From Minisyncoccota bacterium (GTDB lineage: Bacteria; Patescibacteriota; Minisyncoccia; Moranbacterales; UBA1568), in contig JBPPMJ010000006.1 in assembly GCA_051306005.1 (NCBI GenBank), forward strand, positions 91,296 to 155,295: a stretch of 64,000 nucleotides of DNA. The letters are read 5' to 3'. Under the pieces are notes generated by a model, which saw only the letters and a program-made list of their open reading frames with translations, had not been told where the DNA came from and made no database searches. Shown here one piece after another: positions 50,656 to 59,524 of this stretch. How positions within the stretch are numbered: position 1 is the first letter of the stretch; every line of letters starts with the position of its first letter. Made by a program: the position numbers and the translations under genes.

Positions 50656-53037
50656 TCACTCGGGAATCTTGAGCATAAGCAGTGCGTGGTTTGTTGCTAA
50701 AAAGATTGTATTCGTATTCTCATCAACCACAAATGACTGAATGGTATCAGTCGTACGCACAGGATATTGAGTAAAAAAAGTGCCATCAAGATTCCAAGCC
50801 CTCACTATATTATTGGTATCTAACGCATAGATATGCATGAGTTTGGGGGCAATATAAAGTTGTGTAATAGTAATAGGTGCAGAAATGACGAGCGTTGTTT
50901 GTGTACGACCGCGAGAAAAGGAATGGATTGATTGATCAAAGGCGAGGAAAAGAGCTTCATCTGTTGCCATTTTCGATGTTTCTGTGATAGAGATAGCTTC
51001 CTTGAGCCAAGCGGTTGGTGCGGAGAATCCACCTTCATTGCGGGGGAAGCGGTAGATTTGGTCGGTTTTGCTATCCAATACATAGAGATAGGTGAGATAG
51101 GTAGCTATGGATTGAACTTCAGTGTCAATTGGCAAGGGAAGAGTGTTGTTAGCGAATGTGTTGTTATTTGGACTCCAAGATAGTAATGTCTGTGTATCTG
51201 TGTAGAAAAAGAGAAGATCAAGGTCTGGCATAGGTGTGACCATAATTGGTATTCCTTTGTCGGCTGGAAATGGGAAATGTTTTTCATCAGGCATCCGAAT
51301 AATATCATTGTTGGTAATAATGTATGTTGTATCATTCAAGCGAGTGACAGCGACAATCTGCGTGTGAGTATCAATCGTTATGAGTTCCAGCGGTTGACTA
51401 TGAGTATCAGATACGAGATCTGCGGGCGTTGATTCGATAGGCGTTTGAGAAATATCATTGTCTGAAGATACTGTGGCAGATTTATCAGAATTGGCAAGTA
51501 TCCAGCCGATTACTATGAGGACGAGAATGAGTATACTTAATCCGATCAATATCTGGTATCGTTTTTTGGGATCCAATGTTTTCCATGCAGAGTAGAAAGA
51601 ATGCATGTCATACTTTATTTGGTGTATCCAGTGACGTGAAAAAGCGAGTAATTTTGTGGTGAATAGCTGAGTATCTATACGCATGCTGTTCCACACTTTG
51701 GTGAGGGGGAAATTTTTTATGAATACTGATTGCGTCTGTTTGTCGGTAGGTACGTTTTGTTTCGGACCATTCTTTTGATAAAAGGTCACAAGTTTTTCTT
51801 TTATGAAAGTATGTGTAATAGCATGAGTAGTGAGGTTGTCTAATTGTGTCGGTATGGGCATATCCTGTTCTTTGGGTAAAGATGGTGATATTGCCGTATT
51901 TTTTCTTGTTGTGGTTGATTGGGCGAGGGAAGAGGACCTTTGATGTATGATTTTTTGTATCCTTATAATGCCTTGTTTTTTCACGGATTTCAAAAATATG
52001 AGACTGGATTTTTTGCTTTTACGTAATATTTTTTTATAAGAACGAAGAAACTCTTGTAGCCATTGTCGATAATTTTGATAGCGCAAACTGAAATGTTCGA
52101 TCAATGGATGTGTTTTGGTTGGTATCTGTGTATCGCCCTGAATATAGATGTGTCCTGTTTGAGTATCAATATAATCATCAGATGTTGGGGAGGAGGATGT
52201 TTCGTGTGTTTGGGAAGTAGTGAGAGCCTTTGGTACGCGGTTATCTTCCGCAAAGGCCTGTTTGCTGAAAACATTTTTCACTCTATTGTGATGAGGTCTC
52301 GGAGGTACTGCTACTGGCATTTTTGGTTCGTTGATATCAATAGTAATGATACCAGCCATAGCTAATTCATTGGTCAAGGCGGTGTGTAAAAATCGAATAA
52401 AATGATCATTGGACATGCGAATGGCATTTTTTTCCAATACCTCAGGTGGCAGTACGGAAAATACTTCTGGTGAGGTAAGAATAATTTTGTCGGTCGCTAT
52501 GAGGCGGCCACTAGAAACCTCAACAAAAGTTTTGAGAGGATGGGTGGATGCTTCTTCAGAAGATAGACCTTGTCCAATATCTGAGAGTTGTTTATTGCGT
52601 AGTAAGAGGATAGACGCCTGTCCCGTAATAGAAAAATGAATATTGTTTTTTTCAATAATTCCCAAAACGCCATGCAATTTCCCAAGCCAGGCTACATTGC
52701 CACGTTTCACCAATTCCGCTAAAGCAACATTAATTTTATGGAGACTCGCTTCAAAACTTTCAATGGCACCCCGTCGCGGATTACTAAAATATTCTTTCTT
52801 GGCAACGGAAGCCAAAAAATTGACGATATATGCCATATCATCACCTTTTCCATTGATTGTAAAAATCCCCATCAATGTCCCGAGTGCGCTACCAGCGATA
52901 TTTTCACTACTGACGTGAAAGACATTAATAAAGAGTTTGGTGGTATGTTCGGTAGCGGATACGATTTCCGTTATCGATTTTTGTAGATTCGAAGACGTCT
53001 TCATTTTTTCGATTTGTTTTTTTTCGGACATATTCAC
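50656..53037 (-). CDS. Hypothetical 793-aa single-pass membrane protein (cytoplasmic N-domain, TM, extracellular C-domain)
   Basis: Long ORF convergent with the ATPase gene. Central TM YQILIGLSILILVLIVIGWIL. No recognisable catalytic motif. GTG start at 53037, with an alternative ATG at 53031. Confidence 0.55.
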   Translation of the reverse strand: MNMSEKKQIEKMKTSSNLQKSITEIVSATEHTTKLFINVFHVSSENIAGSALGTLMGIFTINGKGDDMAYIVNFLASVAKKEYFSNPRRGAIESFEASLHKINVALAELVKRGNVAWLGKLHGVLGIIEKNNIHFSITGQASILLLRNKQLSDIGQGLSSEEASTHPLKTFVEVSSGRLIATDKIILTSPEVFSVLPPEVLEKNAIRMSNDHFIRFLHTALTNELAMAGIITIDINEPKMPVAVPPRPHHNRVKNVFSKQAFAEDNRVPKALTTSQTHETSSSPTSDDYIDTQTGHIYIQGDTQIPTKTHPLIEHFSLRYQNYRQWLQEFLRSYKKILRKSKKSSLIFLKSVKKQGIIRIQKIIHQRSSSLAQSTTTRKNTAISPSLPKEQDMPIPTQLDNLTTHAITHTFIKEKLVTFYQKNGPKQNVPTDKQTQSVFIKNFPLTKVWNSMRIDTQLFTTKLLAFSRHWIHQIKYDMHSFYSAWKTLDPKKRYQILIGLSILILVLIVIGWILANSDKSATVSSDNDISQTPIESTPADLVSDTHSQPLELITIDTHTQIVAVTRLNDTTYIITNNDIIRMPDEKHFPFPADKGIPIMVTPMPDLDLLFFYTDTQTLLSWSPNNNTFANNTLPLPIDTEVQSIATYLTYLYVLDSKTDQIYRFPRNEGGFSAPTAWLKEAISITETSKMATDEALFLAFDQSIHSFSRGRTQTTLVISAPITITQLYIAPKLMHIYALDTNNIVRAWNLDGTFFTQYPVRTTDTIQSFVVDENTNTIFLATNHALLMLKIPE

Positions 53038-53326
53038 TGAGTAGTATTTTTGGATGACAAAGGTGGCACAGAGCTGATGTAATCAGGAGACCAGACAATA
53101 CTTTGGTATTATACAAAAGAAAACAAGCCACACTTTTCTGATGTCAAAGTGGCATATGGATAAAATTATATCACAAATGTTTAAATAAAGCTCTTTATAG
53201 AGAGCTTTATTAAGTGTATCAATCAGAAAGACTGCCAGACTGATTTTTTGACGTGCCAGACCATGTTCTGTATAATGGTGAAAAAGAGGCTTTTTATAGT
53301 ATATTTTAATTTTTTTGTATTTCCTT

Positions 53327-53932
53327 ATGTCTCTTGCCACTTTTGACGTTTTGTTCGGATCGAAAGTACGCGCCCGTCTCATCCGTTTTTTCCTCGTAAA
53401 TCCAGGAGCAGAATTTTCTGCTCTGGAGGTAGCTGAAAAAACGCTTATTTCTCGTGTTGAAGTAACTCGTGAATTGACACGCCTCACCAAGATGAAATTA
53501 TTAATTGAACGCTCACGTAAAGGCAAAAAGTGTTTTATCGCCAATGAAGAATTTCCATTTTACACAGAATTAAAAAGTTTAGTCTCCAAACTCAATGTTC
53601 ATGCCCAATCGCAAGTGTTTCGCAAACTGAGGGTTATTGGAGAAGTTAAACTCATTTTAATTAGTGGATTGTTTTTGAATTATCCGAAAAGCAAGGTAGA
53701 TATGATCTTGGTGGTAAATAATGTTAACCGTACCAAGCTGAAGCACGCCATCGCTCATCTGGAGGCGGAAGTTGGCAGAGAAATTCGTTTTGTTTTAATG
53801 AACAGTGAGGAATTGCATTATCGTTTAAATATGCTGGATCGGTTTTTTATTGAATTTTTAGAGGGTCCATATGAAGGAGTTACCAACAAGGTACCTGAAT
53901 TGAAGCGTTTTATCGCTGGTCTCAAAAAATAG
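53327..53932 (+). CDS. Hypothetical protein with an N-terminal winged-helix-like DNA-binding region
   Basis: FGSKVRARLIRFFLVNPGAEFSALEVAEKTLISRVEVTRELTRL resembles wHTH regulators. The track ORF uses TTG at 53315, and an ATG follows at 53327. Confidence 0.45.
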   Translation: MSLATFDVLFGSKVRARLIRFFLVNPGAEFSALEVAEKTLISRVEVTRELTRLTKMKLLIERSRKGKKCFIANEEFPFYTELKSLVSKLNVHAQSQVFRKLRVIGEVKLILISGLFLNYPKSKVDMILVVNNVNRTKLKHAIAHLEAEVGREIRFVLMNSEELHYRLNMLDRFFIEFLEGPYEGVTNKVPELKRFIAGLKK

Positions 53933-54010
53933 AATAGCAAAGAAATGAAATGGTATGTCAAAAGGAGAGAAGGCGTATGTTGCAACGTTATCAGATAATA
54001 TACAGGGTGT

Positions 54011-55099
54011 ATGGTATCGTGGATTATTGTGGCATTTTTGGTACTAGTGGTCATATTTCTTTTCTGGCTGGCTTTTGTTTTTCGTATGCGCTTCTTTATC
54101 GCTCATCAAGGTGCGGTTGACTTGAAAGGCGATATTGATCATTTAAATAGACGTTTTGATGAGCGTTTGCAGGCGGTAACTGGAGCCTTTCAACAACAAC
54201 TGACCAGTTTTCAGCATACTTTGGATAACCGTTTGGCGGACAATGGGAAACGTTTGGATGAGCGCTTAGATGGTGCCGCTCGTTCCTATGCTGATATGCA
54301 ACGGAGTTTGGAACAAGTCCGTCACTCAAGTGATAAGATTTTTGAGGTCAGCAAAGAAGTAGCATCTTTGCAGGAGATTTTGACGGCGCCAAAGATACGT
54401 GGTGGTTTTGGTGAATTGATGTTGAAAGAGTTGTTGACACAGATGTTGCCCAAAGAAAATTTTGTTTTGCAATATTGTTTCCGTAGTGGTGAAGTAGTGG
54501 ATGCGATTATTAAATTACAGGGTGGTTTAGTGAGTGTGGATTCTAAATTTCCGTTAGAAAATTTTAAAAAGATTTTAGTGGCGCAATCAGATGGAGAGAA
54601 ACGCATTGCCCGAAAACAGTTTTATACAGACGTCAAGAAACACGTTGATGCCATTGCCAACAAATATATTGTGCCTGCGGAAAATACGCTGGATTTTGCC
54701 TTAATGTATATTCCTGCGGAAAATGTGTATTACGAGGTCATCATTAAAGATGATGATGATCAGGGTCTTTTGAGCTACCTGATGGATCGACATATCATTC
54801 CTGTTTCGCCAAATTCTTTCTATGCATATATGCGCACGATTCTTTTCGGACTACAAGGATTGCAGATTGAAAAACGGGCTAAGGAAATCATGGGTCAATT
54901 GGAGCGTCTTGCTAAGGAGCATGAAAAGTTTGAGAAGGAATTTGAAGTATTGGGGAGCCATATCAGTAATGCGCAAAAGAAATTTTCTGATGCTGAAAAG
55001 CGTCTGTACAAGGTAACTGACTCCTTAGAATTTACGCGTTTAGGTGAGGTAAAAAGTGATGTAGAGGATGTAGTACCAATGATACAGCCACTGCTCTGA
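54011..55099 (+). CDS. rmuC: DNA recombination protein RmuC
   Basis: N-terminal TM, a coiled-coil, and the RmuC core IRGGFGELMLKELL...VDSKFPLE...MYIPAENVYYE. Confidence 0.85.
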   Translation: MVSWIIVAFLVLVVIFLFWLAFVFRMRFFIAHQGAVDLKGDIDHLNRRFDERLQAVTGAFQQQLTSFQHTLDNRLADNGKRLDERLDGAARSYADMQRSLEQVRHSSDKIFEVSKEVASLQEILTAPKIRGGFGELMLKELLTQMLPKENFVLQYCFRSGEVVDAIIKLQGGLVSVDSKFPLENFKKILVAQSDGEKRIARKQFYTDVKKHVDAIANKYIVPAENTLDFALMYIPAENVYYEVIIKDDDDQGLLSYLMDRHIIPVSPNSFYAYMRTILFGLQGLQIEKRAKEIMGQLERLAKEHEKFEKEFEVLGSHISNAQKKFSDAEKRLYKVTDSLEFTRLGEVKSDVEDVVPMIQPLL

Positions 55100-55117
55100 T
55101 ATAAAAACCTGCTTACT

Positions 55118-55522
55118 ATGAACATGAATTATCCGAGAGAAAAGCATTGGGATGCAGATGTTGCCAGATCGCATCGAGGAGTTTCTTTTTTCGACAACAC
55201 CATTGTTCGTGCTTTACTTGGCGTGAGCATTGTTTTGATATTAGGAGGTTTTTTGGTATTGGGATATATGATTCGTCCAAGTAACGGGCTTCTGGTATTA
55301 CATTATAATGTGTATTTTGGGGTGGATATCCAGGGCTTGTGGTGGCAAACGTTTGTTTTACCTGTTGGAAACGCACTTTTGTTTGGGGGACACTTGTTGC
55401 TGTCCTGGTATTTTTATGGAAGACATGAGCGGGTGGCATCATACTTGTTACTGCTGGGATCCAATTTTCTGAGTATTGGGACATTAATAGCGATTGGAAG
55501 TATTATTTTTATTAATTACTAA
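55118..55522 (+). CDS. Hypothetical small membrane protein (134 aa)
   Basis: Three or four predicted TM helices. Sits between rmuC and the WecA-like gene. Confidence 0.45.
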   Translation: MNMNYPREKHWDADVARSHRGVSFFDNTIVRALLGVSIVLILGGFLVLGYMIRPSNGLLVLHYNVYFGVDIQGLWWQTFVLPVGNALLFGGHLLLSWYFYGRHERVASYLLLLGSNFLSIGTLIAIGSIIFINY

Positions 55523-55551
55523 AATTTTATGTATTATACTGTATATATACT

Positions 55552-56595
55552 ATGAGAATTGACCTCTTTCTCCCGCCATTTCTTGTTGCCTTTTCTTTGA
55601 CAATAGGGTTAATTCTGCTTTTTTTGTTGACACCACTTTTCCAGCGTTCAATATGGCGAGTAGGCGAACGGCACATCAAGAAACATCGGCTGTCTCGTCT
55701 TGGAGGAACGGCCATACTGCTTTCTTTTATCTTTACCATGCTTTTTGACGCGCATCTGGTGATGACACGTGAATTGTACGGATTGTTGTTGGGAGGATTC
55801 TTTATTCTGGTCTTTGGTCTCTGGGATGATATCAGCGAGTTGGGATGGAGAGTACAAATTTTTTTTCAAACCGCCCTGTCTGCTCTCGTGTTTCTTTTTG
55901 GCACGCGTATTACGATGTTCTCCAATCCGTTTGGCGGAGTCTGGGTCTTACCTTACAATGAATGGGTTATTCCAGGGTTTCTTATAATTTTGTGTTGGTT
56001 ATTCTTGGTTATGAATGCCATGAATTGGCTTGATGGTATAGATGGTCTGTGCGGAGGGGTTTCTCTTATTACTTTGGTGACGATTTTTTTGTTGAGCCTC
56101 AAACCGGAAGTGTCTCAACCGCCGATTGCCATTCTCGCTATGATTGGCATAGGCACATCCCTTGGTTTTTTGGTATTCAACATGTATCCCGCTCGTATTT
56201 TGGCCGGTACGACAGGCTCCATGTTCTTGGGTTTTCTTATTGCTGTGCTCGCTATTATTGCCGGTACCAAGATTGCTACTGCTTTGTTGGTGTTGGCGCT
56301 ACCCATCACTGATGCCGTATTTGTGATTTGGCAACGTATGCGTGATGGTGTGCCAGTAGCACAAGCAGATAGGCGACATTTGCACTATAAGTTATTGGAA
56401 CGTGGGTGGTCAGAGCGTCATATTACTCAGTTTTTGCTTGCCATTACCGGTATCATTGCGATAATCGCTCTGAGCGTTCAGGGGCCGAATAAGTTTTTTG
56501 CTCTTATCTTTGTTTTTGCGAGCGTTTTCGCTTTGTTATTGTATGTAAATCAGCAGACAGTACCCTCTGGTGTTGGCACAATGAGAAAACATTGA
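55552..56595 (+). CDS. Polyprenyl-phosphate N-acetylhexosamine-1-phosphate transferase (MraY/WecA/TagO family, GT4 superfamily)
   Basis: GLWDDISEL (DDxxD-like) and NAMNWLDGIDGL motifs. 10-11 TM helices. Confidence 0.85.
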   Translation: MRIDLFLPPFLVAFSLTIGLILLFLLTPLFQRSIWRVGERHIKKHRLSRLGGTAILLSFIFTMLFDAHLVMTRELYGLLLGGFFILVFGLWDDISELGWRVQIFFQTALSALVFLFGTRITMFSNPFGGVWVLPYNEWVIPGFLIILCWLFLVMNAMNWLDGIDGLCGGVSLITLVTIFLLSLKPEVSQPPIAILAMIGIGTSLGFLVFNMYPARILAGTTGSMFLGFLIAVLAIIAGTKIATALLVLALPITDAVFVIWQRMRDGVPVAQADRRHLHYKLLERGWSERHITQFLLAITGIIAIIALSVQGPNKFFALIFVFASVFALLLYVNQQTVPSGVGTMRKH

Positions 56596-56609
56596 GATAT
56601 GATGTGTAT

Positions 56610-57077
56610 ATGAGTGCTGTTGTCAGAAAATTTTTTTCGTGGAATATTCAAATTTTTGTTTTTACTGTTGTCGTGACAATCATATTTCTTTTTTGTTCTT
56701 TCAATGGGAGAATCTATCAAGAACAAAGTACAATGCATGTTCGCATTGGCGAAATATGGTACGTGCTTGAAAAGGCTGATACGGAGATATTACGTATTAA
56801 GGGACTCAGTCATCGTCAAGACATGTGCGATACCTGTGGAATGATTTTTCTTTTTGATACTCCAGGGCAGTATGCTTTTTGGATGAAAGATACGGCATTT
56901 TCATTGGATATTGCCTGGCTTATAGATGATACGGTGGTGTTTGTAGTCCATACGACTCAACCGTATACAGAGATGTTGATATGTCCACCGGTTTTAACAA
57001 ATCAAGTTATTGAGCTTAAGGCTGGTACCATGAATACTCTGAAAATTGGTGACAAGGTAGAATTGTCCCAAGAGTAA
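56610..57077 (+). CDS. DUF192 (COG1430) family protein
   Basis: N-terminal signal anchor and FSLDIAWLIDD motif. The track ORF starts with TTG at 56592, overlapping the upstream gene. An ATG follows at 56610. Confidence 0.65.
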   Translation: MSAVVRKFFSWNIQIFVFTVVVTIIFLFCSFNGRIYQEQSTMHVRIGEIWYVLEKADTEILRIKGLSHRQDMCDTCGMIFLFDTPGQYAFWMKDTAFSLDIAWLIDDTVVFVVHTTQPYTEMLICPPVLTNQVIELKAGTMNTLKIGDKVELSQE

Positions 57078-57104
57078 TCTTTATAGTGTGAAGTTAGAAA
57101 CAAT

Positions 57105-57136
57105 AAAACCCCGCCGTTGCGGGGTTTTATTGTTTT
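57105..57136. terminator. Bidirectional rho-independent terminator
   Basis: Perfect 10-bp stem AAAACCCCGC/GCGGGGTTTT with a 4-nt loop, followed by a T-run. Lies between convergent genes. Confidence 0.75.
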
Positions 57137-57174
57137 CCGGAAAAAGAACAGTGATGCCTTGTGGTAAGAAACGC

Positions 57175-57774
57175 TTAGCGATAGGCGCTGACACGCGCGG
57201 AATATTTCTTCAGGTTTTGCAATTGCCGATCATTTAGGGTCTTGGATTTTTCAATACCTTGCTTGATAAGGTCTTTGGAAAATTCCAAAGATGTGTTCGT
57301 TGTTATCTTTTCTTGAAAATCTATATTTTTTCGTAAGTAATCTTCAATATAGACTTTGTGTTCGGCGGTGAGTGAGGAATCGGCATTCTTTTCGAGATAG
57401 TGAGCGAGTGCACGGCGTGCCAAATGAGTGGAGCCATTTCCGCGCTCAGCTTTTTCAATAAATGATACTTCTGTTTCTTGACTCAATTCTTCGGTGATGA
57501 CGATAGCATTCTTGACTTCGGTTTGAGGTGTGATGGATGACTTCATATCTGAAGAGGTTTCTTCGGGAGTGGAGTCACTGTTTTCACCTTTGACTTCGAG
57601 TAAGGTGCTGGTGTCTTCATCAACATCTCTTTGTGTTCGTTGAGAATATGAGTAGATACCAAAAGCGATTGCAGCAACAATGAAAACGCTGACGATAATA
57701 CGAAGATTTTCTTGAATCCAGACTTTCGTCTGATTAGTGGAAGCATCTTCGAACATAGGATCTTGTTGTTCCAT
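57175..57774 (-). CDS. Hypothetical membrane-anchored protein (199 aa)
   Basis: The start is placed at the ATG at 57774, preceded by a GAGAGGTG SD. TM helix IIVSVFIVAAIAFGIYSY. The track ORF extends to 57927. Confidence 0.5.
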   Translation of the reverse strand: MEQQDPMFEDASTNQTKVWIQENLRIIVSVFIVAAIAFGIYSYSQRTQRDVDEDTSTLLEVKGENSDSTPEETSSDMKSSITPQTEVKNAIVITEELSQETEVSFIEKAERGNGSTHLARRALAHYLEKNADSSLTAEHKVYIEDYLRKNIDFQEKITTNTSLEFSKDLIKQGIEKSKTLNDRQLQNLKKYSARVSAYR

Positions 57775-58129
57775 GATATTCACCTCTCTTTCTAGTGTAT
57801 GATTATGATTGTGAAAGTACTGCTTACGTTGAAGCCTTTCTGGCTCACCGAGGCTATCTTTTGTATCATTGACAAGCCATATCGACCCCTCTCCTTTTAT
57901 ACTACGTCTTTGAAAAAAGACTGTCAACTAGGCAAAAGAACCATTTTTTGTTCTAATATCATTTCTTTTTTTCTGCTATTTTGATGTTTCCATTATACTC
58001 CGCATTCACTTTTTTTCGATGGAAGATAATTTTTTTTTCATGCTATAATTTTTTTTATCATTATTTTTTGAGATGCGAATGAATAATGTTGTTTCTGAAT
58101 AAAAATATTATTTTCTCTTTCACGTACTC

Positions 58130-58176
58130 TTGACAGATATTTTTTCTCTATGCATTTTATAAAAATCGTGTATAAT
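58130..58176 (+). promoter_or_regulatory. Promoter region of the lysine-rich protein gene, with a consensus TTGACA (58130-58135) and a consensus TATAAT (58171-58176)
   Basis: Both consensus hexamers sit in a 540-nt AT-rich non-coding region. They are 35 nt apart, so probably belong to separate promoters or a complex arrangement. Confidence 0.3.
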
Positions 58177-58314
58177 AAATGATGTACGGAATGTATTTCG
58201 TATCACGCACAAAAATATTTGTCGTGTAAAAATAAAAAAATCTGCTCGATTGATGTGTTTGCATAAACTGATGCAACAGAAAAATCGAATGCAAGAAAGA
58301 AGGAGGTGAGTATT

Positions 58315-58467
58315 ATGGCAACCAAGAAAAAAGTTACCAAAAAACCAGTAGCTTCAAAAAAGAAGGTTACTAAAAAACCGATCAAAAAGATCGTGAAAAA
58401 AGTGGTAAAAAAGTTACCAAAAAAACCGATCAAAAAGATCGTGAAAAAAGTTACCAAAAAGCGTTAA
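58315..58467 (+). CDS. Small lysine-rich basic protein (50 aa, KKP/KKV repeats), histone H1-like/Hc1-like candidate nucleoid protein
   Basis: Perfect SD AGGAGGTG 7 nt upstream of the ATG. Translation MATKKKVTKKPVASKKKVTKKPIKKIVKKVVKKLPKKPIKKIVKKVTKKR. A 14-bp-stem terminator follows. Confidence 0.6.
   Translation: MATKKKVTKKPVASKKKVTKKPIKKIVKKVVKKLPKKPIKKIVKKVTKKR
58378..58451 (+). repeat. Perfect 26-nt direct repeat (CCGATCAAAAAGATCGTGAAAAAAGT) x2 with a 48-nt period inside the lysine-rich gene
   Basis: Copies at 58378-58403 and 58426-58451. Both encode PIKKIVKKV. Confidence 0.85.
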
Positions 58468-58490
58468 TACGCTTTCGTACAGCTTTTATA

Positions 58491-58530
58491 AAAACAAAAC
58501 ATCCCGTTAATAAGGGATGTTTTGTTTTTA
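58491..58530. terminator. Bidirectional rho-independent terminator
   Basis: 14-bp perfect stem AAACAAAACATCCC/GGGATGTTTTGTTT with an 8-nt loop and flanking T-run. Lies between the lysine-rich gene and convergent prmC. Confidence 0.7.
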
Positions 58531-58544
58531 TAAGTTAAGTTCTT

Positions 58545-59429
58545 TCAAAATTTATTGTGTATATGCATTTTGAGAATACGCATCATTCCAGCAAGATCTG
58601 GGTGAATAGTATAGGTCGCATCAGGAAAGTGTCGATGGATATAGGTAGTGAGCAAAGGGCATTGCTCTGGGCTTATTTCGAGCAATACGCATATGGATTG
58701 CCGTAAAGGACGTAGCTGTTGTAGAAGACGAAAGTAATGATCAAGACCGATCGGACCACTGACCAATGCGGTCGATGGTTCAAAGTTTTTTACATCATCT
58801 GCAGTTGATTGATATATTTTTTCAGAAAGATACGGAAGATTGGCAACTACAATAATGTCGTGTTTCGGTATCAGAAAGGGGAAGAGAGGTGTGAGGAGGT
58901 TGCCATGATGGAAAGTAATGGTGTGTTCTACATGGTGGCGTCGCGCATTTTCTTGTGCTTGAGTGATGGCATCAAGAGAAATATCAAGCGCGTGAAAAGA
59001 CAGTCCTTGAAAATTTGGTACCGTAGCGAGAGATATGATGATATTACCACTACCCGTACCGACATCCGCTATCAAAATGGTTGATTGTGTACCACGTGAC
59101 ATTTGTAGAGTCGAGATTTCTTGAAGAGCAAGATCGACCAAACATTCCGTTTCTGGTCGTGGAATAAGCGTATGACGATTAACTAAGAAAGTGCGCCCAT
59201 AAAATTCTTTGTGTCCAATAATCATGGCGACGGGTTCATGGGCCAATCGTCTTGTGAATAAATTTCGGCAGGCGGATTCGACTATCGTGTCCAGAGAATA
59301 CTCCGGATGCGCCAAAAGAAAAGTCTTTTCTTGATTGGTAACGTGTGCCAAGAGAATAAAAAAGTCTTCTGGTGCAATGTGCTGATCATTCGATGTCAAA
59401 AATTCTTTTTGTAATTCAGCGATAGTCAT
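58545..59429 (-). CDS. prmC: Release factor glutamine N5-methyltransferase PrmC (HemK)
   Basis: SAM motif DVGTGSGNI and NLPY (NPPY-type) motif. Immediately downstream of prfA. Confidence 0.88.
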   Translation of the reverse strand: MTIAELQKEFLTSNDQHIAPEDFFILLAHVTNQEKTFLLAHPEYSLDTIVESACRNLFTRRLAHEPVAMIIGHKEFYGRTFLVNRHTLIPRPETECLVDLALQEISTLQMSRGTQSTILIADVGTGSGNIIISLATVPNFQGLSFHALDISLDAITQAQENARRHHVEHTITFHHGNLLTPLFPFLIPKHDIIVVANLPYLSEKIYQSTADDVKNFEPSTALVSGPIGLDHYFRLLQQLRPLRQSICVLLEISPEQCPLLTTYIHRHFPDATYTIHPDLAGMMRILKMHIHNKF

Positions 59430-59524
59430 ACTATACAGTGTGCAGATGGTGGTGAATGACAGCTATGTAATCAAAACAACACTGCCTGGATTATATCAAG
59501 CAACCAGTATCACAATCTTTGTGC

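Noticed and set aside
58203-58457. 84-aa hydrophobic ORF on the - strand (MVTFFTIFLIGFF...)
   Set aside because: It is the antisense shadow of the AAA/AAG-rich lysine-repeat gene. The + strand gene has a perfect SD, consensus promoter hexamers and a terminator. Lys codons (AAA) read as Phe codons (TTT) on the reverse strand, which explains the artefactual hydrophobic frame.
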